A stretch of DNA of 64,000 nucleotides from an uncultured Hyphomicrobiales bacterium (GCA_964531635.1 CAZHCZ010000001.1:1621-65620), one strand, 5' to 3'. Shown: positions 20,974 to 30,321, counted from the stretch's first letter. The notes: a model not told the origin generated them from the sequence alone. Numbers and translations are program-made.

Positions 20974-20988
20974 ATGCAAAAATTGCAT
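20974..20988. promoter_or_regulatory. perfect dyad ATGCAA-N3-TTGCAT upstream of the GltB-like operon (T-N11-A, LysR-box-like)
   Basis: The palindrome lies ~33 nt upstream of the first ATG of the GltB-like gene, in the divergent region shared with phoR. Function is inferred only. Confidence 0.25.
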
Positions 20989-21129
20989 CGCCTATATCTT
21001 TATGTTATTTCTTTTAGCAACTTCGATAACAAAAGTCCAATATGAATATAAAAACGTCAGTAATTTTGACTTATTTTGTGGAAAAAACTATGTTAAGATT
21101 AAAAAATTGAAAAGTTATGAGCCTCTATT

Positions 21130-22359
21130 TTGTTTGCACTTATTAAAAAACACATCTTAAGCCTACTATCCCTCGCTGTTATTATCGGGTTTTTAAGCAC
21201 ACAATTTATCAATAACATTTGGGCGATTGTTATTATCATTGGCTTATCCTTAGCGTTTTATATTTTATTACGCGCTTATTTGCAAAAGCCGCAAACACTT
21301 GCGGTAAAAGTCCAAACAAACCCCATAGCCTCCATAAATATTACCGACTTTATAAATACCAGCCTTTTCCCAATAATGGTTTTGAGCAAAGAGGGCAGTA
21401 TAACCCAGCTCAACTCAAGCCTGTTACAAATTTTTACCACAAATACCGATAAATCACTCTATTTAGATAAGCATTATTCCACCCTTATGCGCATTCCACA
21501 AATTACTACACTTTTTGAACAGGTAAGAACCCAAGCGGGCGAGGGTCAATTAAACTTTCAACTGCCCAACACCCCAAACAGTCATTTTTGGCTGCATATT
21601 ACGCCACTAAAAAACCATTATTGTTTTACTTTTAAAGATTTAAGCAAGGATTATAAAATTCAGCAAATGCGTACCGATTTTGTCGCCAATGCTAGCCATG
21701 AATTGCGCACCCCTTTGGCATCAATAAGCGGTTTTATAGAAACTCTGCAAAATGCCGATACGCTCGACAAAGCCACTACGGCTAAATTTTTGAACATCAT
21801 GGCGCAACAAGCTTCCCGCATGACTAGGCTTATTGACGATTTATTATCGTTAAGCAAAATAGAGATTAACGCCCATACCCCCCCACAAACCATTGTCGAC
21901 TTACACGAAATAGCCAGCCACTGCATAAACAGCGCTCAACCTTTGGCGACCGAAAAAAACATCAATATAAATTTCGACACGCAAATATCGAGTGCAAAAA
22001 TAAAAGGCGATAAAGACCAGTTAATCCAACTTATTTCTAACCTGTTAGACAATGCCATTAAATATGGTATTGACGAGAATTCAGACACTCATAAAATCAC
22101 CCTACGCCTTGAACATAATGTGCAACAAATAACTCTGTCAGTTATAGATTATGGGCAAGGAATTTCTGCCCAAAACCTACCACGCCTAACCGAGCGTTTT
22201 TATCGCATATCCACTGCTCATAAAACCAATGGTACGGGCTTGGGCTTAGCAATTGTTAAACATATTGCCCAACGCCATAATGCTGAACTTAATTTCACCA
22301 GTAAAATTAATAAAGGTACAAAAGTTAAACTTAGTTTTAACGCTGTCACAAAACTGTAA
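21130..22359 (+). CDS. phoR: phosphate regulon sensor histidine kinase PhoR
   Basis: Two N-terminal TM helices, a PAS-like segment, H-box FVANASHELRTPL, N box LLDNAIKY, G box GTGLGLAIVKH. Apparent TTG start. Heads the pst cluster. Confidence 0.88.
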   Translation: MFALIKKHILSLLSLAVIIGFLSTQFINNIWAIVIIIGLSLAFYILLRAYLQKPQTLAVKVQTNPIASINITDFINTSLFPIMVLSKEGSITQLNSSLLQIFTTNTDKSLYLDKHYSTLMRIPQITTLFEQVRTQAGEGQLNFQLPNTPNSHFWLHITPLKNHYCFTFKDLSKDYKIQQMRTDFVANASHELRTPLASISGFIETLQNADTLDKATTAKFLNIMAQQASRMTRLIDDLLSLSKIEINAHTPPQTIVDLHEIASHCINSAQPLATEKNININFDTQISSAKIKGDKDQLIQLISNLLDNAIKYGIDENSDTHKITLRLEHNVQQITLSVIDYGQGISAQNLPRLTERFYRISTAHKTNGTGLGLAIVKHIAQRHNAELNFTSKINKGTKVKLSFNAVTKL

Positions 22360-22360
22360 T
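22343..22360 (+). promoter_or_regulatory. Pho box (PhoB binding site) for pstS
   Basis: CTGTCAC-AAAA-CTGTAAT, two 7-bp direct repeats with a 4-bp spacer, matching the enterobacterial CTGTCAT-N4-CTGTCAT consensus. A TATATG -10-like hexamer lies 10 bp downstream. The site is 46 nt upstream of the pstS ATG and overlaps the phoR stop. Confidence 0.6.
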
Positions 22361-22405
22361 ATAACTCCGCTATATGAGAATTGTCTAAAATTAGTCGAGC
22401 ATATT

Positions 22406-23449
22406 ATGAAAAAAACTCTAAAGTTATTAAGCGCAACTGCGTTAATAATATCATCATTCTCACTGCCCGCATTTGCCCGTGAGCAAATTCAAATTGTTGG
22501 TTCATCAACAGTCTTTCCATTCTCTGCATTGGTTGCCGAAAAATTTGGCAAAACAAGTGGCTTTAGAACGCCAGTTGTCGAAACAACAGGCACAGGCGGC
22601 GGCATGAAATTGCTCTGTTCTGGCATTGGCGAGCCTTTCCCCGATATTTCCAACGCCTCACGCCGTATAAAGTCTGGCGAAATTGCAAATTGTCAAAAAA
22701 ATGGCATAGAGCTTATCGAGGTAAAGGTTGGTTTTGATGGTATTGTACTGGCAAACGAAGTTAATGCGTTTGATTTTGAACTGACAAAAAGACAAATATA
22801 CATGGCACTCGCCAAAAAACAACCCGATGCCACTGGCAAGCTTATCGACAACCCTTATGTTAAATGGTCAGATATTGCCGATAATTTACCCGATATAAAA
22901 ATCGAAGTGCTAGGGCCGCCACCAACATCTGGCACGCGAGATGCCTTTGTCGAACTGGCAATGGAGGGCGGGGCAATAACCTTCCCAAGCCTAGCCGCTT
23001 TAAAGAAAACCGATAAAAAACTTTTTAAAGCCATCGCCCATGGTATCCGCGAAGATGGGGCATTTGTCGAGGCGGGCGAAAATGACAATCTCATCGTCCA
23101 AAAACTTAAAGCCAATACAACCGCCTTGGGTATTTTTGGGTTTTCATTCCTAGACCAAAATGAAGATAAAATCAAAGGCACAATTATTAATGGTGCATCT
23201 CCAAGTTTTGAAAATATAGCCGATGGCTCATATGGTATTTCTCGCTCATTATATTATTATGTCAAAAAACAACATGTCGGCATTATTCCGGGTTTAAAAG
23301 AATTTACCGAAGAGTTTTTAAGCGACAAAGCTATGGGTGAAGATGGCTACTTACTCGATAAAGGTCTTATTCCGCTCGATGAAGATATATTGAGTGAGGT
23401 TATTAATAATACCAACGCTCTTACCCCTGTTAAATTGTCAGAAGAATAG
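22406..23449 (+). CDS. pstS: phosphate ABC transporter substrate-binding protein PstS
   Basis: Start moved to ATG 22406 (MKKTLKLLSATALIISSFSLPAFA signal peptide). PstS family (GSSTVFPF, SGTRD). Confidence 0.92.
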   Translation: MKKTLKLLSATALIISSFSLPAFAREQIQIVGSSTVFPFSALVAEKFGKTSGFRTPVVETTGTGGGMKLLCSGIGEPFPDISNASRRIKSGEIANCQKNGIELIEVKVGFDGIVLANEVNAFDFELTKRQIYMALAKKQPDATGKLIDNPYVKWSDIADNLPDIKIEVLGPPPTSGTRDAFVELAMEGGAITFPSLAALKKTDKKLFKAIAHGIREDGAFVEAGENDNLIVQKLKANTTALGIFGFSFLDQNEDKIKGTIINGASPSFENIADGSYGISRSLYYYVKKQHVGIIPGLKEFTEEFLSDKAMGEDGYLLDKGLIPLDEDILSEVINNTNALTPVKLSEE

Positions 23450-23488
23450 AGATAGAAGAATTATGAATTTATTTGCGGATCGAATATT

Positions 23489-24880
23489 ATGTCAGATTTA
23501 ACTTTATTGGTCGTGCTTGGTATGCTGATTTTTGTCGGCTACACCATTGGCAATCGCCGCGCTAAAAGTTTAAAGCCTGCATCGCGCAGTAAATTGCCTG
23601 AGAATAAGTTACACTCTTTACCAGGGTTTCATGGGGCATATGTTGCTTTATGGTGCGGCATTCCAAGCCTTTTGCTTATGTTTATCTGGCTGTTTTTAGA
23701 ACCAAGTATCCTCTCCCTTATGCTCGAAAAACAACTCGGAGCCGAGGCAATATCTCTATCTGCCGATAAGCTTGAATTGCTAAAGTCGGCTATTAGACGC
23801 GCGGTCAATAACCCGCAATATCCAGTCGCCGAAAACCTTATCCCAATTGCCGAAAGCTATAAAAACATCAAAAGCACAGTCAGCACCACTGGTATAGTAC
23901 TTATTGTTTCGGGTGCAATATTGGGTTTATTCATTAGCCAACGTAAAATCAGCCAACGCTTTGTCGCCCGCCATAAAGTCGAATATATCTTCTCCATTAT
24001 AATGTTACTCGCATCACTTGTTGCTGTGCTGACCACATTTGGCGTGGTTATATCGTTAGTGTTCGAAACGTTCAGGTTTTTCCAAATGGTGTCGGTTACT
24101 GAATTTTTATTCGGTCTGCAATGGTCGCCACAAATTGCCCTGCGTGGTGACCAAGTGGCAAGCTCAGGCTCGTTTGGTGCTGTACCAATTTTTACAGGCA
24201 CATTGTTAATTACTTTTATTGCAATGTTTATTGCCGCTCCAATCGGGCTGTTTTCTGCCATTTATATGTCTGAATATGCTAGCCCTAGGTTTCGCAGTTG
24301 GGCAAAGCCTCTGCTCGAAATTTTGGCGGGTATTCCCACCGTAGTTTACGGTTTTTTCGCCGCCTTAAGTGTCGCGCCTTTACTGCGCGGTTGGGGCTTT
24401 GAATTTGGGCTGGTAATATCGAGTGAAAGCGCATTGGCGGCAGGTTTGGTTATGGGGGTCATGATAATCCCCTTCGTGTCGTCTTTATCTGACGATGTTA
24501 TAAATGCCGTGCCGCAAACCATGCGCGATGGCTCATATGCGTTGGGCGCAACCCAAGGCGAAACTATTAAATTGGTTTTACTCCCTGCAGCATTGCCGGG
24601 GATTGTCAGTTCAATATTACTTGCCACATCGCGCGCAATTGGCGAAACGATGATTGTGGTTATGGCGGCAGGGCTTACTGCCAACCTAACCGCCAACCCG
24701 TTCCAAGCGGTTACCACAGTAACGGTGCAAATTCTCACCCTGTTGGTTGGCGACCAAGAGTTTGATAGCCCAAAAACTTTAGCGGCTTTTGCCTTAGGGT
24801 TTGTTTTATTCATCATTACTTTGGGCTTAAATATCATAGCACTAAAAGTTGTCCGCAAATATAGAGAAAAATATGATTGA
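23489..24880 (+). CDS. pstC: phosphate ABC transporter permease PstC (long form)
   Basis: 463 aa. C-terminal PstC core (SRAIGETMIV) with an N-terminal extension. Confidence 0.92.
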   Translation: MSDLTLLVVLGMLIFVGYTIGNRRAKSLKPASRSKLPENKLHSLPGFHGAYVALWCGIPSLLLMFIWLFLEPSILSLMLEKQLGAEAISLSADKLELLKSAIRRAVNNPQYPVAENLIPIAESYKNIKSTVSTTGIVLIVSGAILGLFISQRKISQRFVARHKVEYIFSIIMLLASLVAVLTTFGVVISLVFETFRFFQMVSVTEFLFGLQWSPQIALRGDQVASSGSFGAVPIFTGTLLITFIAMFIAAPIGLFSAIYMSEYASPRFRSWAKPLLEILAGIPTVVYGFFAALSVAPLLRGWGFEFGLVISSESALAAGLVMGVMIIPFVSSLSDDVINAVPQTMRDGSYALGATQGETIKLVLLPAALPGIVSSILLATSRAIGETMIVVMAAGLTANLTANPFQAVTTVTVQILTLLVGDQEFDSPKTLAAFALGFVLFIITLGLNIIALKVVRKYREKYD

Positions 24881-26159
24881 TACAAAATTCAAGCGTTCAG
24901 CACATTTAAAAAAACGTTACGCAGCCGAAATGCGTTTTAAATTATATGGCTTTGTCGCCATTATATTTGCCTTAGGGTTTTTAGCAATTATGCTGGTTAC
25001 CATTAGCATAAAAGCCATACCTGCCTTTACTCAAACCTATATAAAAATATCGGTCGAGTTGAACGAGAAAATTATAGATGAAAAAGGCACACGCAATATT
25101 AAAGACATTGCCCGTGCCGATTTTCAAAAAATTGTTCGCAACGGTATTTATGCTCAATTTCCCGATGTTAAAAGCCGCAAAGACAAAAAGCGGCTTAAGA
25201 AAATTATCTCAAGTGAAGCAGGCTACCATCTTGGCAAATCTCTACTCAATGAAGGTGGTGATTTAAGTTTTATAAACACCAAACGAGATGTCTGGGTAAA
25301 ATCTTCTGACGATATTGATAGTTTTATCAAAGGCAATATTAGCCGCGATGTCGACGAAAGCAAACGCCGCATTAACAACCAACAAATAACGTGGATAGAT
25401 ACATTACAAGCGCAAAATAAATTAGAACGGCGTTTTAATTGGGATTTTTTTAAACTTTCCGATAGCCGCTCACCAGAAGATGCAGGCATTAGAGGCGCTG
25501 TAATGGGTTCATTTTTAACCCTTATCATCACGCTTATATTAAGCTTTCCGTTAGGCGTTTTGGCAGCAGTTTATCTCGAAGAATATGCCAAACAAAGTAA
25601 AATTACCGACTTTATCGAGGTTAATATTAACAATCTAGCCGCCGTACCGTCAATCGTCTTTGGTTTGTTAGGCTTGGCGCTGTTTTTAAATTTTTTCAAT
25701 ATGCCGCGCTCAGCCCCTTTGGTTGGTGGTATGGTATTATCGTTAATGACTTTGCCAACCGTTATTATTACCACTCGGGCGGCACTTAAATCTGTTCCGC
25801 CTTCAATTCGCGAGGCGGCTTTGGGCATTGGTGCTTCAAAAATGCAAACTATTTTACACCATGTTTTACCATTGGCTATGCCGGGGGCGTTAACGGGTGC
25901 AATTATCGGCATGGCGCGCGCCTTGGGCGAAACCGCACCATTGTTAATGATAGGCATGGTCGCCTTTATTGTCGATATTCCAAATGGTGTAACCGACCCC
26001 GCCACCGTACTACCCGTACAAATTTATATTTGGGCCGATAGCCCCGAACGGGCTTTCGAAGCAAAAATGAGCGCAGCCATCTTAGTATTGCTGTTTTTTT
26101 TAGTGGTTATGAACGCCATTGCTGTAATATTACGCCGCCGTTACGAACGCCGCTGGTAA
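24873..26159 (+). CDS. pstA: phosphate ABC transporter permease PstA (long form)
   Basis: Start taken at ATG 24873, overlapping the pstC stop (ATGATTGA). MARALGETAPLLM core. Confidence 0.9.
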   Translation: MIDTKFKRSAHLKKRYAAEMRFKLYGFVAIIFALGFLAIMLVTISIKAIPAFTQTYIKISVELNEKIIDEKGTRNIKDIARADFQKIVRNGIYAQFPDVKSRKDKKRLKKIISSEAGYHLGKSLLNEGGDLSFINTKRDVWVKSSDDIDSFIKGNISRDVDESKRRINNQQITWIDTLQAQNKLERRFNWDFFKLSDSRSPEDAGIRGAVMGSFLTLIITLILSFPLGVLAAVYLEEYAKQSKITDFIEVNINNLAAVPSIVFGLLGLALFLNFFNMPRSAPLVGGMVLSLMTLPTVIITTRAALKSVPPSIREAALGIGASKMQTILHHVLPLAMPGALTGAIIGMARALGETAPLLMIGMVAFIVDIPNGVTDPATVLPVQIYIWADSPERAFEAKMSAAILVLLFFLVVMNAIAVILRRRYERRW

Positions 26160-26179
26160 ACGTTTAAGGATATAAAAGT

Positions 26180-26935
26180 ATGACAAAATATCAACTGAAT
26201 AATGTCGATGTGTTTTATGGCGATAAACAAGCCTTATTCGACATCAATGTCGATATTGCTCAAAACCAAGTCACCTCATTCATTGGGCCTTCAGGTTGTG
26301 GCAAATCCACCTTATTGCGCTGTTTAAACCGCATGAATGACGTTATCGAAATTTGTAAAATAACGGGCAATATTTTACTCGATAAACAAGATATTTATTC
26401 AAATGCCATAGATGTTGTCGAACTGCGTGCCCGCGTTGGTATGGTGTTTCAAAAGCCCAACCCTTTCCCTAAAAGCATTTACGATAATGTGGTTTACGGC
26501 CCCCGCATACATGGTATGATAGACCATAAAGACGATGCCGATGAAATTGTTGAAAAATCACTAAAACGTGCAGGATTATGGGAAGAAGTAAAAGACCGTT
26601 TAAATAGCCCCGGCACTGGTTTATCGGGCGGTCAACAGCAACGCTTATGCATTGCTCGCGCCATTGCCGTTAGCCCCGAAGTTATTTTAATGGATGAACC
26701 GTGTAGCGCATTAGACCCTATCGCCACCGCCCGCATCGAAGAGCTTATCGACGAATTAAAACAAAAATTTACCATCGTTATTGTTACTCACTCTATGCAG
26801 CAAGCGGCACGGGTAAGCCAAAAAACTGCATTTTTTCATCTTGGTAAACTTATTGAGTTTGGCGAAACTGACCAAATTTTTACCAACCCACTAAACCAAC
26901 AAACCCAAGATTATATTACAGGGCGTTACGGCTAA
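26180..26935 (+). CDS. pstB: phosphate ABC transporter ATP-binding protein PstB
   Basis: Walker [10 protein letters not shown], signature [13 protein letters not shown], Walker B ILMDEP. Confidence 0.96.
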   Translation: MTKYQLNNVDVFYGDKQALFDINVDIAQNQVTSFIGPSGCGKSTLLRCLNRMNDVIEICKITGNILLDKQDIYSNAIDVVELRARVGMVFQKPNPFPKSIYDNVVYGPRIHGMIDHKDDADEIVEKSLKRAGLWEEVKDRLNSPGTGLSGGQQQRLCIARAIAVSPEVILMDEPCSALDPIATARIEELIDELKQKFTIVIVTHSMQQAARVSQKTAFFHLGKLIEFGETDQIFTNPLNQQTQDYITGRYG

Positions 26936-26951
26936 TTTTTAGGAGATTATT

Positions 26952-27641
26952 ATGCAAAAACATATTGTAAGCGCATTCGAACAAGAGCTAAAAAACTTGG
27001 ACAACAAAATTTCACAAATGGGTGGTTTGGCGGAATCACAATTAGCATTGGCAATAAAATCATTAAAAAATAAAGATTATGACCTCGCAAAGCAGGCGAT
27101 AAAATCCGACAAAGCAATTGATAAATTAGAACTAGAACTAGAAGAAGAAGCCATTTTAATGATTGCCAAACGCCAACCTATGGCATCAGATTTACGCCGC
27201 ATCATTGTTACAATTCGCATTAGTTCCGACTTAGAACGTGTTGGCGATTTGGCAAAAAACATCGCCAAACGGGTTATCGCCATTAATGGGCAAGCCCCAA
27301 AAAGCTTAATTACGGGTTTAAGCGCAATGAGCCAACTGGCGCAAAAGTCTTTAAAAAATGTGCTCGACGCATTTAGCACCGAAGATGTCGACAAAGCCGT
27401 TAAAGTGTGGGAAAATGATAAAGACCTAGATGCGTTATACAATAGTATTTTTAACGAAATTCAAACCCATATGAAACAAAACAGCGCCAATATAGATTAC
27501 TGCACTCACTTGCAATTTGTTGCCAAAAACATTGAACGTATTGGCGACCATGCGACTAATATTTCCGAAAATATTCACTATATGGTACGCGGCGAATGGA
27601 TAGATGCCGACCGCCCAAAATCCGACTTATTCAAAGCCTAA
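26952..27641 (+). CDS. phoU: phosphate signalling complex protein PhoU
   Basis: 229 aa with two PhoU repeats (DLERVGDLAKNIA and NIERIGDHATNISE). Confidence 0.95.
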   Translation: MQKHIVSAFEQELKNLDNKISQMGGLAESQLALAIKSLKNKDYDLAKQAIKSDKAIDKLELELEEEAILMIAKRQPMASDLRRIIVTIRISSDLERVGDLAKNIAKRVIAINGQAPKSLITGLSAMSQLAQKSLKNVLDAFSTEDVDKAVKVWENDKDLDALYNSIFNEIQTHMKQNSANIDYCTHLQFVAKNIERIGDHATNISENIHYMVRGEWIDADRPKSDLFKA

Positions 27642-27649
27642 AGAAAATT

Positions 27650-28339
27650 ATGACCGTTTCAATTCTAATTGTCGAAGACGAACCTGCCCTAGCCACTCTG
27701 CTTATCTATAACCTAGAAGCTGCAGGCTATAAAACCCGCCTATGCATACATGGCGATGAGGTTTTTACCTTTATTAAAGAAGAATTACCCGACCTAATTT
27801 TACTCGATTGGATGTTGCCAGGTATGTCAGGTATAGAAATATGCCAAAATTTGCGCAACCAATCATCGACCCGTAATACCCCAATAATTATGACCACCGC
27901 CCTTGGCGAACAAGCAGAAAAACTCCGAGGGTTCGATGTCGGTGCTGATGATTACCTCGTAAAGCCCTTCGCCATAAAAGAACTGCTCGCCCGCATTAAA
28001 GCCGTATTAAAACGAACTGCGCCTGCGCAAATAAATGAGCAAATAACCAGCGGTAATATTAAACTTAACACCAGCACCCAACGTGTAACATGCAACAATA
28101 GCCCAGTAAGTTTAGGGCCAACAGAGTTTAAACTCCTGCACTATCTTATAGGGCAACCCAACCGCGTTTTCACCCGCACGCAATTGCTCGACAATGTTTG
28201 GGGGCAAGATGTTTATCTAGATGAACGCACGGTCGACGTGCATATAGGGCGGTTAAGAAAAGCTCTAAGCAAAACCACCGCCAAAGACCCAATCCGCACC
28301 ATTCGGGGGACAGGCTATAGCTTTGACGATAAGTTATAG
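27650..28339 (+). CDS. phoB: phosphate regulon response regulator PhoB
   Basis: Start moved to ATG 27650 (MTVSILIVEDEP). Receiver domain (LILLDWMLPG), OmpR-type winged helix (RTVDVHIGRLRKAL). Confidence 0.93.
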   Translation: MTVSILIVEDEPALATLLIYNLEAAGYKTRLCIHGDEVFTFIKEELPDLILLDWMLPGMSGIEICQNLRNQSSTRNTPIIMTTALGEQAEKLRGFDVGADDYLVKPFAIKELLARIKAVLKRTAPAQINEQITSGNIKLNTSTQRVTCNNSPVSLGPTEFKLLHYLIGQPNRVFTRTQLLDNVWGQDVYLDERTVDVHIGRLRKALSKTTAKDPIRTIRGTGYSFDDKL

Positions 28340-28346
28340 ATAAATT

Positions 28347-28871
28347 CTAAGATGTAGCCGCCTTTTTAGCTCTGCGACGCACAGCTGGTTGATAAGCAAC
28401 TGCGGCATGGGTTTTGCAATATGGTCCAGTATCATTATTTCGTTCGCCACAAAAATGAAAATTATCTGTGCTTGGGTCGCCTTCAGGCCAGCGGCAAGTA
28501 TATTCGGTTAAATCAAAAATAGAAATATTATTGCCCAATTTGGCTTTTACCAAAGTTAGCGGTACAATTTTTTCTTCTCTTATAGGAATAGCCTTGGTTT
28601 CAGGTGCGGTTTTAAAAGCCGTATTGCCGCTTACATTTGGCATTTTGGGTTCACGCCGTTGGCTGCGTTGTTTCGATGCCGCCGTTTTGCCAGTTTTATT
28701 CGCCGCCCGACCACGTGTCGATGTTGCCCGACCCGATAACCCTAAGCGATGCACTTTACCAATAACCGCGTTACGAGTTACACCACCCATTTGATTGGCA
28801 ATTTGTGACGCACTTAAGCCGTCAATCCAAAGTTTTTTTAACAATTCGACTCTATCATCTGTCCACGCCAT
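28347..28871 (-). CDS. gcrA: cell cycle transcriptional regulator GcrA
   Basis: Canonical GcrA N-terminus MAWTDDRVELLKKLWIDGLSASQIANQMGGVTRNAVIGKVHRLGL and C-terminal CRWPEGDP...FCG motif. Start taken at ATG 28871. Confidence 0.9.
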   Translation of the reverse strand: MAWTDDRVELLKKLWIDGLSASQIANQMGGVTRNAVIGKVHRLGLSGRATSTRGRAANKTGKTAASKQRSQRREPKMPNVSGNTAFKTAPETKAIPIREEKIVPLTLVKAKLGNNISIFDLTEYTCRWPEGDPSTDNFHFCGERNNDTGPYCKTHAAVAYQPAVRRRAKKAATS

Positions 28872-29197
28872 AAAACCCCTCAATAAATATAAATTTTATA
28901 TTATACTAACCGCATCCCCTACATAATGTGGTTAACAAATAGTAAACTACACCATATGCTGAATCTGTGGCAAGGCTAAGGCTTAAAAAAAATTATTTTT
29001 CCCCAGTAAAAAAATATTGTTGGGCAATATACCCGAATATAAAATTTTATTGTATGCTTATGCACAGGCGGCGCGGTTTATTTGTTTATATTAAGGCAAA
29101 AACTACACGTTTAATTCATCAATATTTTTGTCTTGAATATAAGCGTGTATCAATAGATAGTGCAAATAAATCTAAATCTAACTGCTTTAAGGCTTCC

Positions 29198-30043
29198 ATG
29201 AAAACCCCAGACGAGCCCCCATCATCACAAATTATCACTAAATTTACTGAGCATGAGTTTGGTATTCGTAAATTTGGTCGAGTAAATTGGCTTGGTCTGT
29301 TCACTCTTTATAAAAAAGAGGTTATGCGGTTTGTCAGTATTTACAAACAAACCATCATCGCCCCTGTTATATCTATGTTGCTTTTTTTAGCAATTTTTAG
29401 CATTTCAGTTGGCGAGTTTAGGCCGCAAATTAATGGCGTAAGCTTTATTAGCTTTATTATCCCAGGGTTAATTATGAACGCGATGATGCAAAATGCCTTT
29501 GCCAATTCTTCATCTTCATTATTGGTTGCTAAAATCCAAGGCAATATTGTCGATATTTTAATGCCACCAATTTCGGCGGCAGAACTTATGCTGGCATTAA
29601 CAATGGGCGGCGCATCAAGAGGTTTAGTCGTTGGGCTTAGCACTGGCATTGTTATGATATATTTTGTCGATGTTCCTATACAGCATTTTTGGGTTATTAT
29701 TGTCTTTGCCATCTTAGGCAGTATGGTTATGTCGTTAATGGGACTTTTAGCAGGCATTTGGGCCGAAAAGTTTGACCACCTCAACACAGTAACAACTTTT
29801 ATTATACTACCCGCAACATTTTTATCTGGTACATTTTATTCTATTAGCCAATTGCCCGACTTTGCCAAAACCATCACTGCATTTAACCCTTTCTTTTATT
29901 TAATAGACGGCTTTCGGTATGGCTTTATTGGTAAAATAGAAAGCAGCCTACCGCTGGCTATTACTGTGGGCATTGTCACCTGCCTTATTTTATGGGTCTG
30001 GACATACAGTTTACTTAAAAGAGGCTATCGGTTAAAGTCATAA
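29198..30043 (+). CDS. ABC-2 type transporter permease (no adjacent ATPase)
   Basis: Start moved to ATG 29198 (MKTPDEPP...). About 280 aa with six TM helices of the ABC-2/NodJ type. The 77-codon upstream part of the track ORF (GTG start) looks non-coding. Confidence 0.78.
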   Translation: MKTPDEPPSSQIITKFTEHEFGIRKFGRVNWLGLFTLYKKEVMRFVSIYKQTIIAPVISMLLFLAIFSISVGEFRPQINGVSFISFIIPGLIMNAMMQNAFANSSSSLLVAKIQGNIVDILMPPISAAELMLALTMGGASRGLVVGLSTGIVMIYFVDVPIQHFWVIIVFAILGSMVMSLMGLLAGIWAEKFDHLNTVTTFIILPATFLSGTFYSISQLPDFAKTITAFNPFFYLIDGFRYGFIGKIESSLPLAITVGIVTCLILWVWTYSLLKRGYRLKS

Positions 30044-30093
30044 TTGGTTATGCCAATTTGGGTTTTTATGTTCGGCTTTGCCTCTCTCTGTTA

Positions 30094-30321
30094 CCTGCGG
30101 GCGGGTGCGCTGCACCCTTGCTTACGCTCCGCGGTCGGGCGCTTGCCCTCCTTCGTAAAAAATGTATTTTTTACTCACCCTTTTTACCCTCGACAGGTTG
30201 GAGGGTTTTCCCTAATAAACTTTGCTTGCGTTTTGCATTATAATTAAGCGTGAGGGGTAGGTTAGCGTTTTAATGGTGGGCGAACACGCGCTAACAAGGG
30301 CGCAGAACACCCGCCCGTAGG
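30094..30321. other. GC-rich, highly structured intergenic element (candidate ncRNA or MITE)
   Basis: 27-nt arms at 30094..30120 and 30295..30321 pair with 23 Watson-Crick pairs, 1 GU and 3 mismatches. Internal hairpins lie at 30137..30148, 30155..30174, 30186..30206 and 30261..30295. The element is locally far more GC-rich than its surroundings and lies between two convergent gene ends. Confidence 0.4.

Noticed and set aside
24346-24885. Long antisense ORFs inside well-supported genes. Examples: 24346..24885 in pstC, 40951..41580 in cpaF, 49572..50171 in pheT, 25571..26005 in pstA, 12874..13281 in the SBP gene
   Set aside because: All lie opposite genes with strong family motifs. They are typical shadow ORFs without independent support.
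28967-29197. GTG-initiated 77-codon N-terminal extension of the ABC-2 permease ORF
   Set aside because: The extension is Lys/Tyr/Cys-rich, AT-rich promoter-like sequence. The permease homology and first TM helix begin after the ATG at 29198.
30044-30247. Two overlapping small ORFs (67 and 61 aa) in the GC-rich intergenic element
   Set aside because: They have no RBS, use TTG/other starts, overlap in different frames, and run through sequence better explained by extensive base-pairing.
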